Source: an uncultured Solirubrobacterales bacterium
Lineage (GTDB): Bacteria > Actinomycetota > Thermoleophilia > Solirubrobacterales > JBBDJG01
NCBI GenBank assembly: GCA_963785085.1
Contig: CAWAUD010000014.1
Coordinates: 125,464-189,463, forward strand
Direction of reading: 5' to 3'
Length of the DNA stretch: 64,000 nucleotides
Below, piece after piece: positions 24,416 through 34,328 of the stretch. A program made the translations under genes and the position numbers. The notes below the pieces were generated by a model. The model saw nothing but the letters and a program-made list of their open reading frames with translations. It had not been told where the DNA came from and did not search any database. Each line of letters opens with the position of its first letter. The first letter of the stretch is position 1.

Positions 24416-24556
24416 GTGAAAGATACTCCCAGGCGTGTGGCTGCCGCCCTGCTGACCGGTCCTGCGGGCCGGTTCGCGGCATTCGTCATCGACGTCGGCG
24501 CGGCGAGCGCCCGCTATTACTACGCCCGGCTGCGCGGCCGCGAGGTGACCTGGTGA
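24416..24556 (+). CDS. 46-aa small hypothetical protein
   Basis: MKDTPRRVAAALLTGPAGRFAAFVIDVGAASARYYYARLRGREVTW*; TAGCCT 7 nt before GTG; stop overlaps next start (GTGA). Confidence 0.55.
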   Translation: MKDTPRRVAAALLTGPAGRFAAFVIDVGAASARYYYARLRGREVTW

Positions 24557-25578
24557 CTTCGCCTTCGAGCGACGGCCCGACGGCATTCGTCACCGGCGGA
24601 TCCGGGTTCATCGGGGGCCGGCTGATCCGGCGCCTGGTCGCCGACGGATGGAAGGTGCGCGCGCTGGCGCGGTCCCCCGCCTCGGAGGAGAAGGTGGCCG
24701 CTCGCGGTGCCGAGCCCGTGCGCGGCGATCTCGATGACGTCGCGGCCATGCAGACCGGCGCCGGCGGAGCCGAATACGCGTTCCACGCCGCCGCGCACCT
24801 CGGCGAGTGGGGCTCACCCGAGGAGTTCGAGCGCGGCAACGTCACGGGCACGCGCAACGCCCTGGAGGCGTCGCGGGTGGCCGGCGTACGGCGCTTCGTC
24901 CACGTCGGCACCGAGGCGGCGCTGCTCGCGGGACAGCCGCTCGTGAACGTGAACGAGGACGCTCCCCTGCGGCCCGACTCCCCCGCTCTCTATCCGGCCA
25001 CGAAGGCGAAGGCCGAGCAGGCGGTGCGCAACGCGAATCGCGACGGCTTCGAGACGGTCGTCGTGCGCCCGCGCCTCGTCTGGGGCCCGGGCGACACGAC
25101 GATCCTGCCCGCGCTTTCGGCCGCCGTGAAGGCCGGCCGCTTCGCCTGGATCGGCGGGGGCGGTCACCGGACCTCCACGACACACGTGGACAACGTGATC
25201 GAGGGGCTCGTGCTGGGCGCAACCCGGGGCCGCCCCGGCGGCGTCTACTTCGTCACCGACGGCGAGCCGGTCGTCTTCCGCGAGTTCATCACCGAGCTGC
25301 TCGGCACCCAGGGCCTCGAGGCGCCCGACCGCAGCATGCCCGCCCCGGTCGCGGGCGCCGCGGCGACGGCGCTCGAGGGAATCTGGAAGCTGCTGCGCCG
25401 GCCCAATCCGCCGCCGGTCACGCGCCTCGCCTACTGGCTCTCGGCGCAGGAGTGCACGATCGACATCTCCCGCGCGCGGGCGGAGCTCGGGTATGAGCCG
25501 GTGCGGACGGTCGAGGACGGCATGGAGGAGCTGCGCGCGGAGCATCAGCGCGAGGGCGGCGCCGCGGCCGCGGCCTGA
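24553..25578 (+). CDS. NAD-dependent epimerase/dehydratase (3-beta-HSD-like)
   Basis: VTGGSGFIG, HAAA, YPATKAKAE, RPRLVWGPGD. Confidence 0.9.
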   Translation: MTSPSSDGPTAFVTGGSGFIGGRLIRRLVADGWKVRALARSPASEEKVAARGAEPVRGDLDDVAAMQTGAGGAEYAFHAAAHLGEWGSPEEFERGNVTGTRNALEASRVAGVRRFVHVGTEAALLAGQPLVNVNEDAPLRPDSPALYPATKAKAEQAVRNANRDGFETVVVRPRLVWGPGDTTILPALSAAVKAGRFAWIGGGGHRTSTTHVDNVIEGLVLGATRGRPGGVYFVTDGEPVVFREFITELLGTQGLEAPDRSMPAPVAGAAATALEGIWKLLRRPNPPPVTRLAYWLSAQECTIDISRARAELGYEPVRTVEDGMEELRAEHQREGGAAAAA

Positions 25579-25615
25579 GTCGGTAGTCCTAGTCGGTAGG
25601 CGGTAGGCGGTAGGC
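25578..25615. repeat. Heptamer tandem array AG[T/G]CGGT between convergent genes
   Basis: agtcggt agtcct agtcggt aggcggt aggcggt aggc. Confidence 0.7.
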
Positions 25616-25618
25616 CCG

Positions 25619-26557
25619 CTAGCCCAGGGCCTCTTCGAACCCCTGGCGCCAGCTCGGATACCTCGGCGCCCAGCCGAGCTCGCGCTTGGCCTTCTCGTTC
25701 GACGCGCCGCGCAGCTGCGTCGCCATCGCGGCCGTGAACTTGCCGGCCGCCATGCGGCCGATCCACGCCGGCAGGCGCCGCGGCGGCTTCGCCCCGAGCG
25801 CTTCGGCGTAGACGGGCAGCCAGTCGCGCATCGGCGCCGGGTCGTCGTCGACGACGTTGTAGATGCCTGACGGGCCGCGCTCGACGGCGGCCACGGTGGC
25901 CGATGCGGCATCGTCGATGTGGACGTACGAGAAGACCCCGGCGCCCTTGCCGAGCACCGGGAAGCGGCGCTTGCGAACCATCTCGGCGAGCGACCCGTCG
26001 GCCGCGTACGCCGTCCCGGGACCGTAGAAGAACCCGTAGCGAAGGGCGAGTCCATCGATGCCGTCCGCTTTGACGACCATGTCCTCGAGCTGGCGAACGG
26101 CCGCGATCGAATCGGTGAAGGGCTCGGGAGCGTCATCCCACATCGGCGCGTCCTCGTCCTTCACCGCATCACCCTCGGGCCGGTAGACGAACGCGATGCT
26201 CTGAGCCACGATCCGCTTGGCGCCGCTCGCCACCGCCGCGGCGACGAGGTTGCTCGTCCCCTCGCGGCGGATGCGGTCATTGCGGGCGTAGGCCTCCTTC
26301 GCGCGGCGCGGGTCGAGGTTCTGCGGAAGATCGGTCAGCTCGTGCACGACGACGTCCGGCTGGGCGGCCGTGACCGCTCGCCGAAGCGCCTCGGCGTCGA
26401 AGACGTCGACGACGGCCGGCTCGGCGCCCATCTCACCCAGCTGCTCTGCCCGCTCGTCCGAGCGCGTCATCCCGACCACGCTGTGTCCCTGCGCCACCAG
26501 CAGCGGCACCAGCCGCCGCCCGATCACGCCCGAAGCTCCGGCGACGAAGATCCTCAT
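25619..26557 (-). CDS. NAD(P)-dependent oxidoreductase/epimerase
   Basis: IFVAGASGVIG, LRYGFFYGPGT, HIDDAASATV. Confidence 0.9.
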   Translation of the reverse strand: MRIFVAGASGVIGRRLVPLLVAQGHSVVGMTRSDERAEQLGEMGAEPAVVDVFDAEALRRAVTAAQPDVVVHELTDLPQNLDPRRAKEAYARNDRIRREGTSNLVAAAVASGAKRIVAQSIAFVYRPEGDAVKDEDAPMWDDAPEPFTDSIAAVRQLEDMVVKADGIDGLALRYGFFYGPGTAYAADGSLAEMVRKRRFPVLGKGAGVFSYVHIDDAASATVAAVERGPSGIYNVVDDDPAPMRDWLPVYAEALGAKPPRRLPAWIGRMAAGKFTAAMATQLRGASNEKAKRELGWAPRYPSWRQGFEEALG

Positions 26558-26922
26558 CGCTCGGCGCGGGCCGCACCGGCGAGCATCCAGCCGAGCAGCA
26601 CGGTCAGGCCGAGCAGCGAGACGAAGTTGAAGTAACCCTGCCAGGCCGGGTCGGTGCCGCCGATGTCGAACAGGTGGTTGATGGTGTGGAGCGCGTACTG
26701 CAGCGCCACTACGAAGAGGACCGGGACGCGCCAGGACGGGCGGCCGATCGACATGGCGAGCCCTGCGCCCATCGCGAAGTAGGCGGTCGAGATGTCACGC
26801 AGGAAGTGGTGGTCGACCGGGCCGAAGCTCGCGATCGTGTCGACGAAGTTCCCTGGCGCGACGGCGAGCCAGACCGCGGTGACGAATTGGATGGCTGCGA
26901 CCACCAGCAGGGCGGTCCGCAT
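26554..26922 (-). CDS. Small integral membrane protein
   Basis: MRTALLVVAAIQF...HHFLRDI...LHTINHL; four hydrophobic segments; stop overlaps next start; start could be ATG 27003. Confidence 0.7.
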   Translation of the reverse strand: MRTALLVVAAIQFVTAVWLAVAPGNFVDTIASFGPVDHHFLRDISTAYFAMGAGLAMSIGRPSWRVPVLFVVALQYALHTINHLFDIGGTDPAWQGYFNFVSLLGLTVLLGWMLAGAARAER

Positions 26923-27027
26923 CTGCTGCTCGCCGATCGTGGGGCCGGCGCGGCCCGCGGATCGCTGCCGGGGTTGCCGTTGGCTCGATGGTGCGGAGGC
27001 CATTGCGTCTCCGGCATACTCGCATCG

Positions 27028-27252
27028 ATGGCCTCTCCAGCGCCGCGTCCCCCTCACCCGGACGCGGGCCTGTGCGATTCGTGCCGGCACCAGCGCCTGG
27101 TCCCCAACACGCGCGGCTCCGTCTTCTCGCTGTGCGAGCGCTCGCGCACCGACCCGGACTACCCGCGCTACCCGCGGCTGCCGGTGGCGCGCTGCGCCGG
27201 GTACGAGCCACACCCCGCTCCCCCTCCCCCTCCCCCTCGTCACGTGGCATGA
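27028..27252 (+). CDS. Small Cys-rich hypothetical protein
   Basis: GLCDSCRHQR...FSLCERS..DPDYPRYPRLPVARCAGYE; CATACT 7 nt before ATG. Confidence 0.7.
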   Translation: MASPAPRPPHPDAGLCDSCRHQRLVPNTRGSVFSLCERSRTDPDYPRYPRLPVARCAGYEPHPAPPPPPPRHVA

Positions 27253-27288
27253 GTTGAGCCCGATATACGGGCCGAAGTCATGCCACGT
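27242..27288. repeat. 47-bp REP-like imperfect palindrome, copy 1
   Basis: acgtggcatga-gttga-gcccg-atata-cgggc-cgaag-tcatgccacgt. Confidence 0.85.
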
Positions 27289-28249
27289 AGGGGGTAGAGT
27301 CGAGGAGGGTCTCGATCGTGGCGAGGATCTGCGCAGGCTCGTGCGTGACCCGCTCGCCGGTGATTCGCAGCACGCGATAGCCCGCCAGCATGAGGTCGGC
27401 GTCCTTGGCCCGGTCGCGCTCGAAGTCGCCCGGCGTGCCGTGGTACGTGTACGTGTCGAGTTCGACGATCAGCCGCTCCCTGCGCCACAAGACATCCACC
27501 TCATGCCCGGCGACAATGGCGTTGAACTCCGGTTCACGAATCTCCGTGCCTCTGATCAGCCGCCTCACCCGCCGCTCGAAGCGCGACCGCAACCGGGGTG
27601 GCGGCGAATACTCGGTGAGTAACGCGCGCAGGGGACGTAGCCCGTGCCGCCCGCGGCTTCGGTCATAGAGCCGCCACATCTCGTCGATCGTGACCAGCCG
27701 CAAACGCACGGCCTCGCCGAGGCACCTGCGCATCTGAGAAATCGTCAGAACCTCGGCCAGGTCGAGCAACGTGCGCGCAACGGTCGTAACCGGGATGCCG
27801 TCTCGGATGATCCAGTCCTCGATCGCCACCGACCGCGTTAGATGCGCGCAAACACCAGCGTGGCGATGACGGCGCCTGGCCGGTGCTGTCACGTCGATAT
27901 CCGCGGCGGCCGGGATCGGTAATCCGTGCAGCGCCGCGGCAGCACGGTGGCTGAGGACCGCCCCCCTCCCGCAGGCAAGGACCGCGGCCATCCACCGTCC
28001 ATGTACTCCTACTCGCCGGTGCCCGACCGCGTACACGCCGCGGTGGACCACATGCAGTCGACCGGCGTTGATGCGATCACCGATAGCCCGCCGGCCAAGG
28101 CCCAGGTGGGCCAGCTGCTTCCCGGACACGACGCCGTGTTGTCTGCGCGCCAGCTCCGCTACTTCCCGGTCACGTGGCGTACTTTCGACCCGATATACGG
28201 GCTCAAGTGACGCCACGTCGGGCTTTGGAGGCGGGCGGCGCAGGGGCAT
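27278..28249 (-). CDS. AbiEi-family antitoxin-like N-terminus fused to DUF559/Vsr-like endonuclease domain
   Basis: ELARRQHGVVS..VHRGVYAVG; VLSHRAAAALHGL; IPVTTVARTLLDLA; EVDVLW..LIVELD..YH..DRAKD..GYRVLRIT; start uncertain. Confidence 0.85.
   Translation of the reverse strand: MPLRRPPPKPDVASLEPVYRVESTPRDREVAELARRQHGVVSGKQLAHLGLGRRAIGDRINAGRLHVVHRGVYAVGHRRVGVHGRWMAAVLACGRGAVLSHRAAAALHGLPIPAAADIDVTAPARRRHRHAGVCAHLTRSVAIEDWIIRDGIPVTTVARTLLDLAEVLTISQMRRCLGEAVRLRLVTIDEMWRLYDRSRGRHGLRPLRALLTEYSPPPRLRSRFERRVRRLIRGTEIREPEFNAIVAGHEVDVLWRRERLIVELDTYTYHGTPGDFERDRAKDADLMLAGYRVLRITGERVTHEPAQILATIETLLDSTPYVA
28172..28218. repeat. 47-bp REP-like imperfect palindrome, copy 2
   Basis: acgtggcgt-actttcga-cccg-atata-cggg-ctcaagtg-acgccacgt; same cccgatatacggg core and length as copy 1. 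Confidence 0.85.
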
Positions 28250-28314
28250 GCGCCCACCGTGGCTGTCACCGGCGCGCGAGTGGGTGGCGAAAGTGGCGCC
28301 TGTGTTACGCGGGC

Positions 28315-29550
28315 CTAGCGGATCTCGGTGAGGTCGCTTTCGGGGTCCTCGATCACGGCGCGCTTGTCCGACACGTCGGTTCCCTCGATCAGGAGATGGC
28401 CGGCAGCGACGAGGTCCTCCGAGCGGCCGATCGTCAGGGCCGCTGCCACGGTCCCGGCCTTGATGTACCAGGCCGTGAACTTGAGCTCGCCCCAGTCGCC
28501 GCGCCACCAGACCTCGTCCCATTCCTTGGCGGGACCGACGTACTCGATGTTGAGCCAGTCGGCGAGGTCGGACCAGAAGTACGGCAGGACGTCGTATGCC
28601 TGATCGAAGCCCAGCATGTTGAGCGCGGCGTAGCGGCCCTGGTTGAACGCGACGTCCCAGTGCTCGATCCGCAGCCGCCGCCGGTGGATCGGGCTGTCGT
28701 ACTCCGCGATGTCGCCGGCTGCATAGATGCCGGGAACGCTCGTCTCGAGGAACTCGTTGGTGATGACGCCGTCGGCGACCTCCAGCCCGGCCTGCTGCGC
28801 GAGCCGCAGCTCGGGATGCACGCCGGCTCCGATCACGACCAAGTCGCAGTCGAGCTCGAGCCCTGCCTTCGTCACGACGCGACCGACCCGCCCGCCGGAC
28901 CCCTCGAAGCGATCCAGCTCCTGGTTGCCGTGCACCTTCACGCCGTGCTCCTCGAGCACGTCCTGGATGATGCGCCCGACCTCCGGACCGGCGAACGGCT
29001 CGTGCACCACCGACTCGAGCATGATGAGCTCGCACTGCTTCCCGAGCTTCGTCAATGACGCTGCCAGCTCGGTGCAGATGTAGCTGCCGCCGATCAGGAC
29101 GACCCGCTCCGCACTCTCGGCGTCCGAGAGGATCGAATCCGCATTGCCCAGCGTGCGCAGGTAGTGGATGCCGTCCAGCTCGGCGCCGTCGGCGTGCAGG
29201 ATCCGGACGTTGGAGCCGGTCGCGATCAGCGCCTTGTCGAACTCGACCTCCTGCTTGTCGGAAAGCTTCGCGACGCGCGCGTTCGTGTCGATCGACATGA
29301 CGCTCGTCCGCGTCAGCACCTCGACGTCGTTCTCCTCGTACCAGCCTTCCGGCCGCACCAGGATGTCCGTCTTCGACTCCTCGCCGCGCAGATAGGTCTT
29401 CGAGAGCGGCGGCCGGTTGTAGGGCGGATCGGGCTCGCGGCCGACGAGCAGGATCTCGCCCTCCGCATTCTGCTCACGCAGGTGGCGCGCGCAGTTGCCG
29501 GAGGCGAGGCCGCCGCCGACCAGCAGGTAGCTGACCTTCCTATCCGGCAC
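28315..29550 (-). CDS. FAD-dependent pyridine nucleotide-disulfide oxidoreductase (ferredoxin-reductase-like)
   Basis: LVGGGLAS, PYNRPPLSK, IATGS, IGGSYI, YAAGD, RIEHW, PYFWSD; GTG 29550 overlaps upstream stop. Confidence 0.9.
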   Translation of the reverse strand: MPDRKVSYLLVGGGLASGNCARHLREQNAEGEILLVGREPDPPYNRPPLSKTYLRGEESKTDILVRPEGWYEENDVEVLTRTSVMSIDTNARVAKLSDKQEVEFDKALIATGSNVRILHADGAELDGIHYLRTLGNADSILSDAESAERVVLIGGSYICTELAASLTKLGKQCELIMLESVVHEPFAGPEVGRIIQDVLEEHGVKVHGNQELDRFEGSGGRVGRVVTKAGLELDCDLVVIGAGVHPELRLAQQAGLEVADGVITNEFLETSVPGIYAAGDIAEYDSPIHRRRLRIEHWDVAFNQGRYAALNMLGFDQAYDVLPYFWSDLADWLNIEYVGPAKEWDEVWWRGDWGELKFTAWYIKAGTVAAALTIGRSEDLVAAGHLLIEGTDVSDKRAVIEDPESDLTEIR

Positions 29551-30440
29551 TATCCACCACGGAGGAACGAGACGATCTCGGCGGCGATCTGCTCGCCCCG
29601 GTCTTCCTGCAGGAAGTGCGCCCCGCCCTCGATCACTCGCAGGTCCTGCGCACCGGGGATGAAATCCACTAGACGCTGTCCTGTCTTGGGCGTGAAGATC
29701 GGGTCCGAGTCGGAGAAGCACACGAGCACCGGCTTGTCCCACTTCGACAGCACCTCCGCGACCTGCCCCATCTCGGCCGCTCCTGGATCGTCGGGGGTGA
29801 GCGGCACGAGCAGCGGGAACGCCGCGGTGCCGGCCTTCGAATCGGCGGTTGGCCAGGGAGCTTCGTAGGCATCGATGATGTCCTGCGGGACCTCTGTCTT
29901 GGTCGCACCCTGGATCACGAATCCGATCGGCAGGTCGGGATTGCGCTCCGCAAAGTCGCGCCACGCCAGGAAGGCCTTCGACGGCTCGGCCTTGGCGGTG
30001 AAAAGTCCGGTGTTGAGGATCACCAGCCGCGCGACCTGGTCGGCGTTCTCGACCGCCCAGCGCAGGCCGATCGGTCCCCCCCAGTCCTGGACGACCACGG
30101 TCGCGTTCTCCAAGTCGAGGCGCGCGAGCAGGCGGGTCACGTAACCCACGTGGCGGTCGTAGCTGTACCAGTCGCGGTCGGTGGGCTTGTCGGAGCGCCC
30201 GAAGCCCGGATAGTCGGGGACCACCACGCGTGACCCTGCATCGACCAGAGGCCCGATCATCTTCCGGTACAGATAGCTCCAGGTCGGCTCGCCGTGGAAG
30301 CAGATGACCGGATCGCCCTGTCCCTCGTCCAGGTAGTGCAGTCGCAGACCGTCGACCTCGGCGTAGTTGGGCTCGAAGTCGAACCCCGGCAGCCCCTCGA
30401 ACCGCTCGTCGGGTGTGCGGAACACGTCCACGGCGGACAA
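29550..30440 (-). CDS. Haloalkane dehalogenase (alpha/beta hydrolase)
   Basis: RTPDERF, HGEPTWSYLYRKM, GFGRSDKP, QDWGG nucleophile, HFLQED. Confidence 0.88.
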   Translation of the reverse strand: MSAVDVFRTPDERFEGLPGFDFEPNYAEVDGLRLHYLDEGQGDPVICFHGEPTWSYLYRKMIGPLVDAGSRVVVPDYPGFGRSDKPTDRDWYSYDRHVGYVTRLLARLDLENATVVVQDWGGPIGLRWAVENADQVARLVILNTGLFTAKAEPSKAFLAWRDFAERNPDLPIGFVIQGATKTEVPQDIIDAYEAPWPTADSKAGTAAFPLLVPLTPDDPGAAEMGQVAEVLSKWDKPVLVCFSDSDPIFTPKTGQRLVDFIPGAQDLRVIEGGAHFLQEDRGEQIAAEIVSFLRGG

Positions 30441-30469
30441 CCCTACTCCCGGGGCGGCTTTCCAGCCGT

Positions 30470-31279
30470 CTACCGCCGCGCCAGCGCTCTCTCGAGGTCC
30501 GGCAGGTACATCTGGATCGTCGTGTCGGTCACCTTGTCGAGCAGCGCGAACCGGTTCTGGATGTCGTTCTCGTCCATCAGCTCCGACTTGGGCGGCGTGG
30601 CGTCGGCGTGGCCGCGCGTGAGCTTGCCGCGGAACTCCTCCTCGGACTTCGTCGCGTAGTGGTTCACGCGCAGGCGGTCGAAGGAGACCTCGTTCGTCGC
30701 GCTGAACGGCGGTCCCGTGATCGGCTTGCCGTTCTCGTCAACGGTCGGCCCCGACCGGAACATGAAGAAGTGCGGCTGGCAGAACGCGCGCACGTCGCTT
30801 GGGTCCACGATCGTCTTGATCGTCTTGTTGACGTTCCGGTCGGTACGGCGGGTGAAGTTCTCGAGCACGAGGCCCTCTGGGCGCGCGCGATGCCCCGAGG
30901 TTCCGAACACCGCCCAGTTGACCCCGACTCCGGGCCACTGCTCGTACTCCGAGAGCACGTCCGGCAACGACCTCCCGAGCGGCGAGAACAGGAACTCGTC
31001 GAGGTCGATGAACGCGATCCAGCGGGAGTCGCCGCGGTGGCGGAGCAGGCAGTCCTGGTAGGCCTGGATCTGGGCCGGGTGGATCGGCCACGGGTTCAGC
31101 TCGACGAGGCCCTCCTCGACGTAGGGCCGCAGCACCTCCTCGTGTTCGTCGGTGCTGCCGTTGTCGTAGAGGTAGAAGCGCTCGACCCCGGCGAGCCTGT
31201 GGAACTCGACCCACTCGCGCAGATAGGGGCCCTCGTCGCGGTAGATGGCGCAGACGGCCAGGTAATTCGATGGGGTCAA
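30470..31279 (-). CDS. Glycosyltransferase family 92-like protein
   Basis: YLAVCAIYRDEGPYLREWVEFH..GVERFYLYDNGS, WIAFIDLDEF, NHYATKS; TTG overlaps upstream stop. Confidence 0.85.
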   Translation of the reverse strand: MTPSNYLAVCAIYRDEGPYLREWVEFHRLAGVERFYLYDNGSTDEHEEVLRPYVEEGLVELNPWPIHPAQIQAYQDCLLRHRGDSRWIAFIDLDEFLFSPLGRSLPDVLSEYEQWPGVGVNWAVFGTSGHRARPEGLVLENFTRRTDRNVNKTIKTIVDPSDVRAFCQPHFFMFRSGPTVDENGKPITGPPFSATNEVSFDRLRVNHYATKSEEEFRGKLTRGHADATPPKSELMDENDIQNRFALLDKVTDTTIQMYLPDLERALARR

Positions 31280-31980
31280 GCACGCATCTCCACGTACAAG
31301 CTCTCGTGGCGCCGGCCGGGCAGGTCGAAGGCCGCGACCTGCGGGTCGCTCCCCTCCTGAAACGCGCGCTGCTCGACCCGCTCGGGGTCCCACCCCGCCA
31401 GCGCAGCGGCGTGGCGCACCTCGTCGATGTCGAAGATCCACTTGTGGCCCCACATGAAGAAGATCTGGTTCAGCATCCAGGCGGGCCGGCCGGGAACCTC
31501 CTGCTCGGCGAACATGCGCAGGCGGCCGAGGTGCTCGCGGTGCTTGGCGAACATCTCTCCCTCGGCATCCATATACCCGCCGGCATAGAGCCGCAGGTCC
31601 GGCGTGGAAAGGCGCAGCAGGCCGCCCGGCTTCAACAGCCGCCTCACCTCACCGAGCCAGCCGACCGCCTCCTCGAGTGTGAGGTGCTCGATGAAATGCT
31701 CGCAATAGCCCCACTCGAAGACCTGGTCGCTGAACGGATAGGGCTCCACCGAGTCGTGCGGCAGGTAGTAGAGCTCGCCGTCCATGCGCGCGAGGCGCCC
31801 GCGCTCCGTCCTCACCCCTTCCTGGTCCTGGGGAAGCAGCCGATCGGTGTTGACGCAGCCGGGCAGCAGCTTCATCGCGCTGCCGAACTGGATTCCCGGC
31901 AGGCCGAGGCGATCCATCAACTCGGCGTCGAAGGGCGGAGCCTCCGGCAGGACCTCTACTGAGCTGAACTTCCTCGGCAA
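31276..31980 (-). CDS. SAM-dependent methyltransferase-domain protein
   Basis: YCEHFIEHL, VRRLLKPGGLLRLSTPDL, SLYVE. Confidence 0.8.
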   Translation of the reverse strand: MPRKFSSVEVLPEAPPFDAELMDRLGLPGIQFGSAMKLLPGCVNTDRLLPQDQEGVRTERGRLARMDGELYYLPHDSVEPYPFSDQVFEWGYCEHFIEHLTLEEAVGWLGEVRRLLKPGGLLRLSTPDLRLYAGGYMDAEGEMFAKHREHLGRLRMFAEQEVPGRPAWMLNQIFFMWGHKWIFDIDEVRHAAALAGWDPERVEQRAFQEGSDPQVAAFDLPGRRHESLYVEMRA

Positions 31981-32001
31981 GCGTTGCTGCTAGTGGCTCA
32001 T

Positions 32002-34277
32002 CTAGGCGACGGCGGCGGCCTGCTCGCTGCGTACGGGTGACAGCTCGACGGGGATCCCGTTCAGCACGGCGTTCCCGGACAGCGGGTCGATCAGCTCCTC
32101 GTCGGCCAGCAGGTTGCTGTTGGCACCCGCATGCTCGGCGGCGACCGTCAGCCGCGCCTCCGGATCGTCGTGCCCCCAGCCGTGCGGGATGCTGATGACG
32201 CCGGGCATGACCGCGTCGGTCACCTCGACGGGAACGACGATCGAGCCGGCGCGTGAGGTCACCTGCGTCTGCTCGCCATCGATCAGCCCGAAGCGCTCGG
32301 CGTCGTCGGGGTGGACGTGCGCCGTGCAGCGCTCCTTGCCCTTCACGAGCTGGGGAACGTTGTGCATCCACGAGTTGTTGGAACGGAGCTGCCGCCGTCC
32401 GATCAGCACCATCCCGCCGTTCTGCCGGCGTGACGCGGCGGCTCGCAGCCGTTCGACGTCAGTGGTGATCCGCTCGGGCGCGAGCTCGATCTTGCCGCTC
32501 GGCGTACGCAGCACCTCCGGCAGCCGCGGCTCCAGCGGCCCGAGGTCGATGCCGTGTGGAGCAGCCTCGAGCGTCTCGAGCGCGAGCCCGTCGGAGTCGC
32601 CGCCGAACTGGTCGCCGTACGGCCCGGATCGCAGCATCCAGTCGAGTATCCGCTCAGGGCCGCGACGCGGCTCGAGTGACTTCATCAGCTCGTCCGGCGA
32701 GCGGCCGGTGAGCGGAGAGGCGGGGTCCTGGACCTCGCGTTGGATGAGCGCCGAGACCACGAAGTCGTCGATCGCATCGATGTCGGCGTCGTATCCCTGG
32801 CCGCTCGCGATGCCGGTCAGCCGCAGGAGGACCTCCCACTCCCCCAGCGCGTCGGCGGGCAGATCGAACACCGCGGGCGAGTAGTTGGCCACGTTGCGCG
32901 CAGCGAGGTTGTAGAGCGCCAGGTCGTAGTGCGACCGGTAGAGCGCCGAGGGCGCCGGCAGGATCACGTCGGCGTGACGCGTCGTCTCGTTGACGTAGAT
33001 GTCGACGCTGACCATGAACTCGAGCGACTCGAGTGCATCGCGCAGCCGACCCGCGTTTGGAGTGCTCAGAACCGGGTTCCCGGCGAAGGTGAGCAGCGCG
33101 CGGATCTGAGAGTCGCCCGGCGTGTCGATCTCCTCCGCCAGGCACGCGCATGGCAGCTCCCCGAAGACCTCATCCACGCCCCGGACGCGGGTCTGCCAGC
33201 GGCCGAGCTTCACGCCCTTTCCCTGACCGGGCGTGCCGCGCGTGTTCGACGTCCCGGCGGCCGGACGGGTGAACATCGCGCCGCCCGGGCGGTCGAGGTT
33301 CCCCGTCACCACGTTCAGCACGTCGACGAGCCAGCTCGCGAGCGTTCCGAACTCCTGGGTGCAGGTGCCGATCCGGCCGTAGACAGCGGCGCTGTCGGCG
33401 GCCGCGAGCTCGCGCGCGATCCGGCGTGTCGTCTCTGCGTCGATGCCGCACGCGTCCGCGACGGCCTCGGGCGCGAAATCGGCGGCAAGGCGCTCCACGT
33501 GATCGAGTCCCGCCGTCATCTCGGCGAGCGGGCCGGGCGCGGCCAGCCCCTCGTCGAACAGCGTGTGGACGAGCGAGAACAGGAAGAGCGCGTCCATTCC
33601 CGGCCGGATGAAGCACGTGCTCATCGGCCACCTCGGCGGTCCTGCTGCGGCGCGGGTCCACGACCACCACTCGACCGCCGCGCTCCTGGATGCCGCGCAG
33701 CCGTCCGCGCATGTCCGGCGCCGTCAGCAGGCTGCCGTTCGACGCGAGCGGGTTGGCGCCCAGCACGAGGAAGTAGCCGGTGCGGTCCACGTCCGGGACC
33801 GGGATCGAGATCAACGTGCCGAACATCAGCCCGGCGGACACGTGCTTGGGCATCTGGTCCGACGGTTGCGGCCGAGAAGACGTTCTTCGAGCCCAGCGCC
33901 TTCATCAGAACGCGCCCGTAGATGATGGCGTCCATGTTGTGGGCGTTCGGGTTGCCGAGGTACGAGCCGACGGCGTCGCGGCCGTGCTCGGCGAGGATCG
34001 GCGTCAGGCGGCGGTCGATCTCCGCGAAGGCGTCGTCCCACGAGACCTCCTCGAACCCGCCCGGGGTCCGGAGAAGCGGGCGGCGGACGCGGTCCGGGTC
34101 CTCGTGGAGCGAGCGCACCCCGGTGGCCTTCGGGCAGATGAAGCCGTGGCTGAAGACATCGTCGTCGTCGCCGCGCATGGCCGTGACCTGGTCGCCTTCG
34201 ATCGTCAGCTCGAGCCCACATGTGGCTTCGCACAGCGGGCAGGTCCGGTAGGCGGTGCGCGACGTAGACATCCTCAT
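32002..34277 (-). CDS. Molybdopterin-dependent oxidoreductase (two frameshifts)
   Basis: CPLCEATCG...ICPK Fe-S motif; LGANPLASNG; RSNNSWMHN; SIPHGWGH; DPLSGNAVLNG. Confidence 0.9.
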
Positions 34278-34328
34278 CCCCCTCGTGGTAGGTGAGTGAA
34301 CGGTACCGCAGCAGGGGTATGACTCCCC

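Noticed and set aside
27242-28218. Palindromes or heptamer arrays as a CRISPR array
   Set aside because: Only two palindrome copies, 930 bp apart; no regular repeat-spacer structure and no cas genes.
27278-29035. 585-aa ORF suggesting a large fusion nuclease
   Set aside because: The first ~260 aa are an off-frame overlap with the FAD oxidoreductase; only the part from ~28249 has AbiEi/DUF559 motifs.
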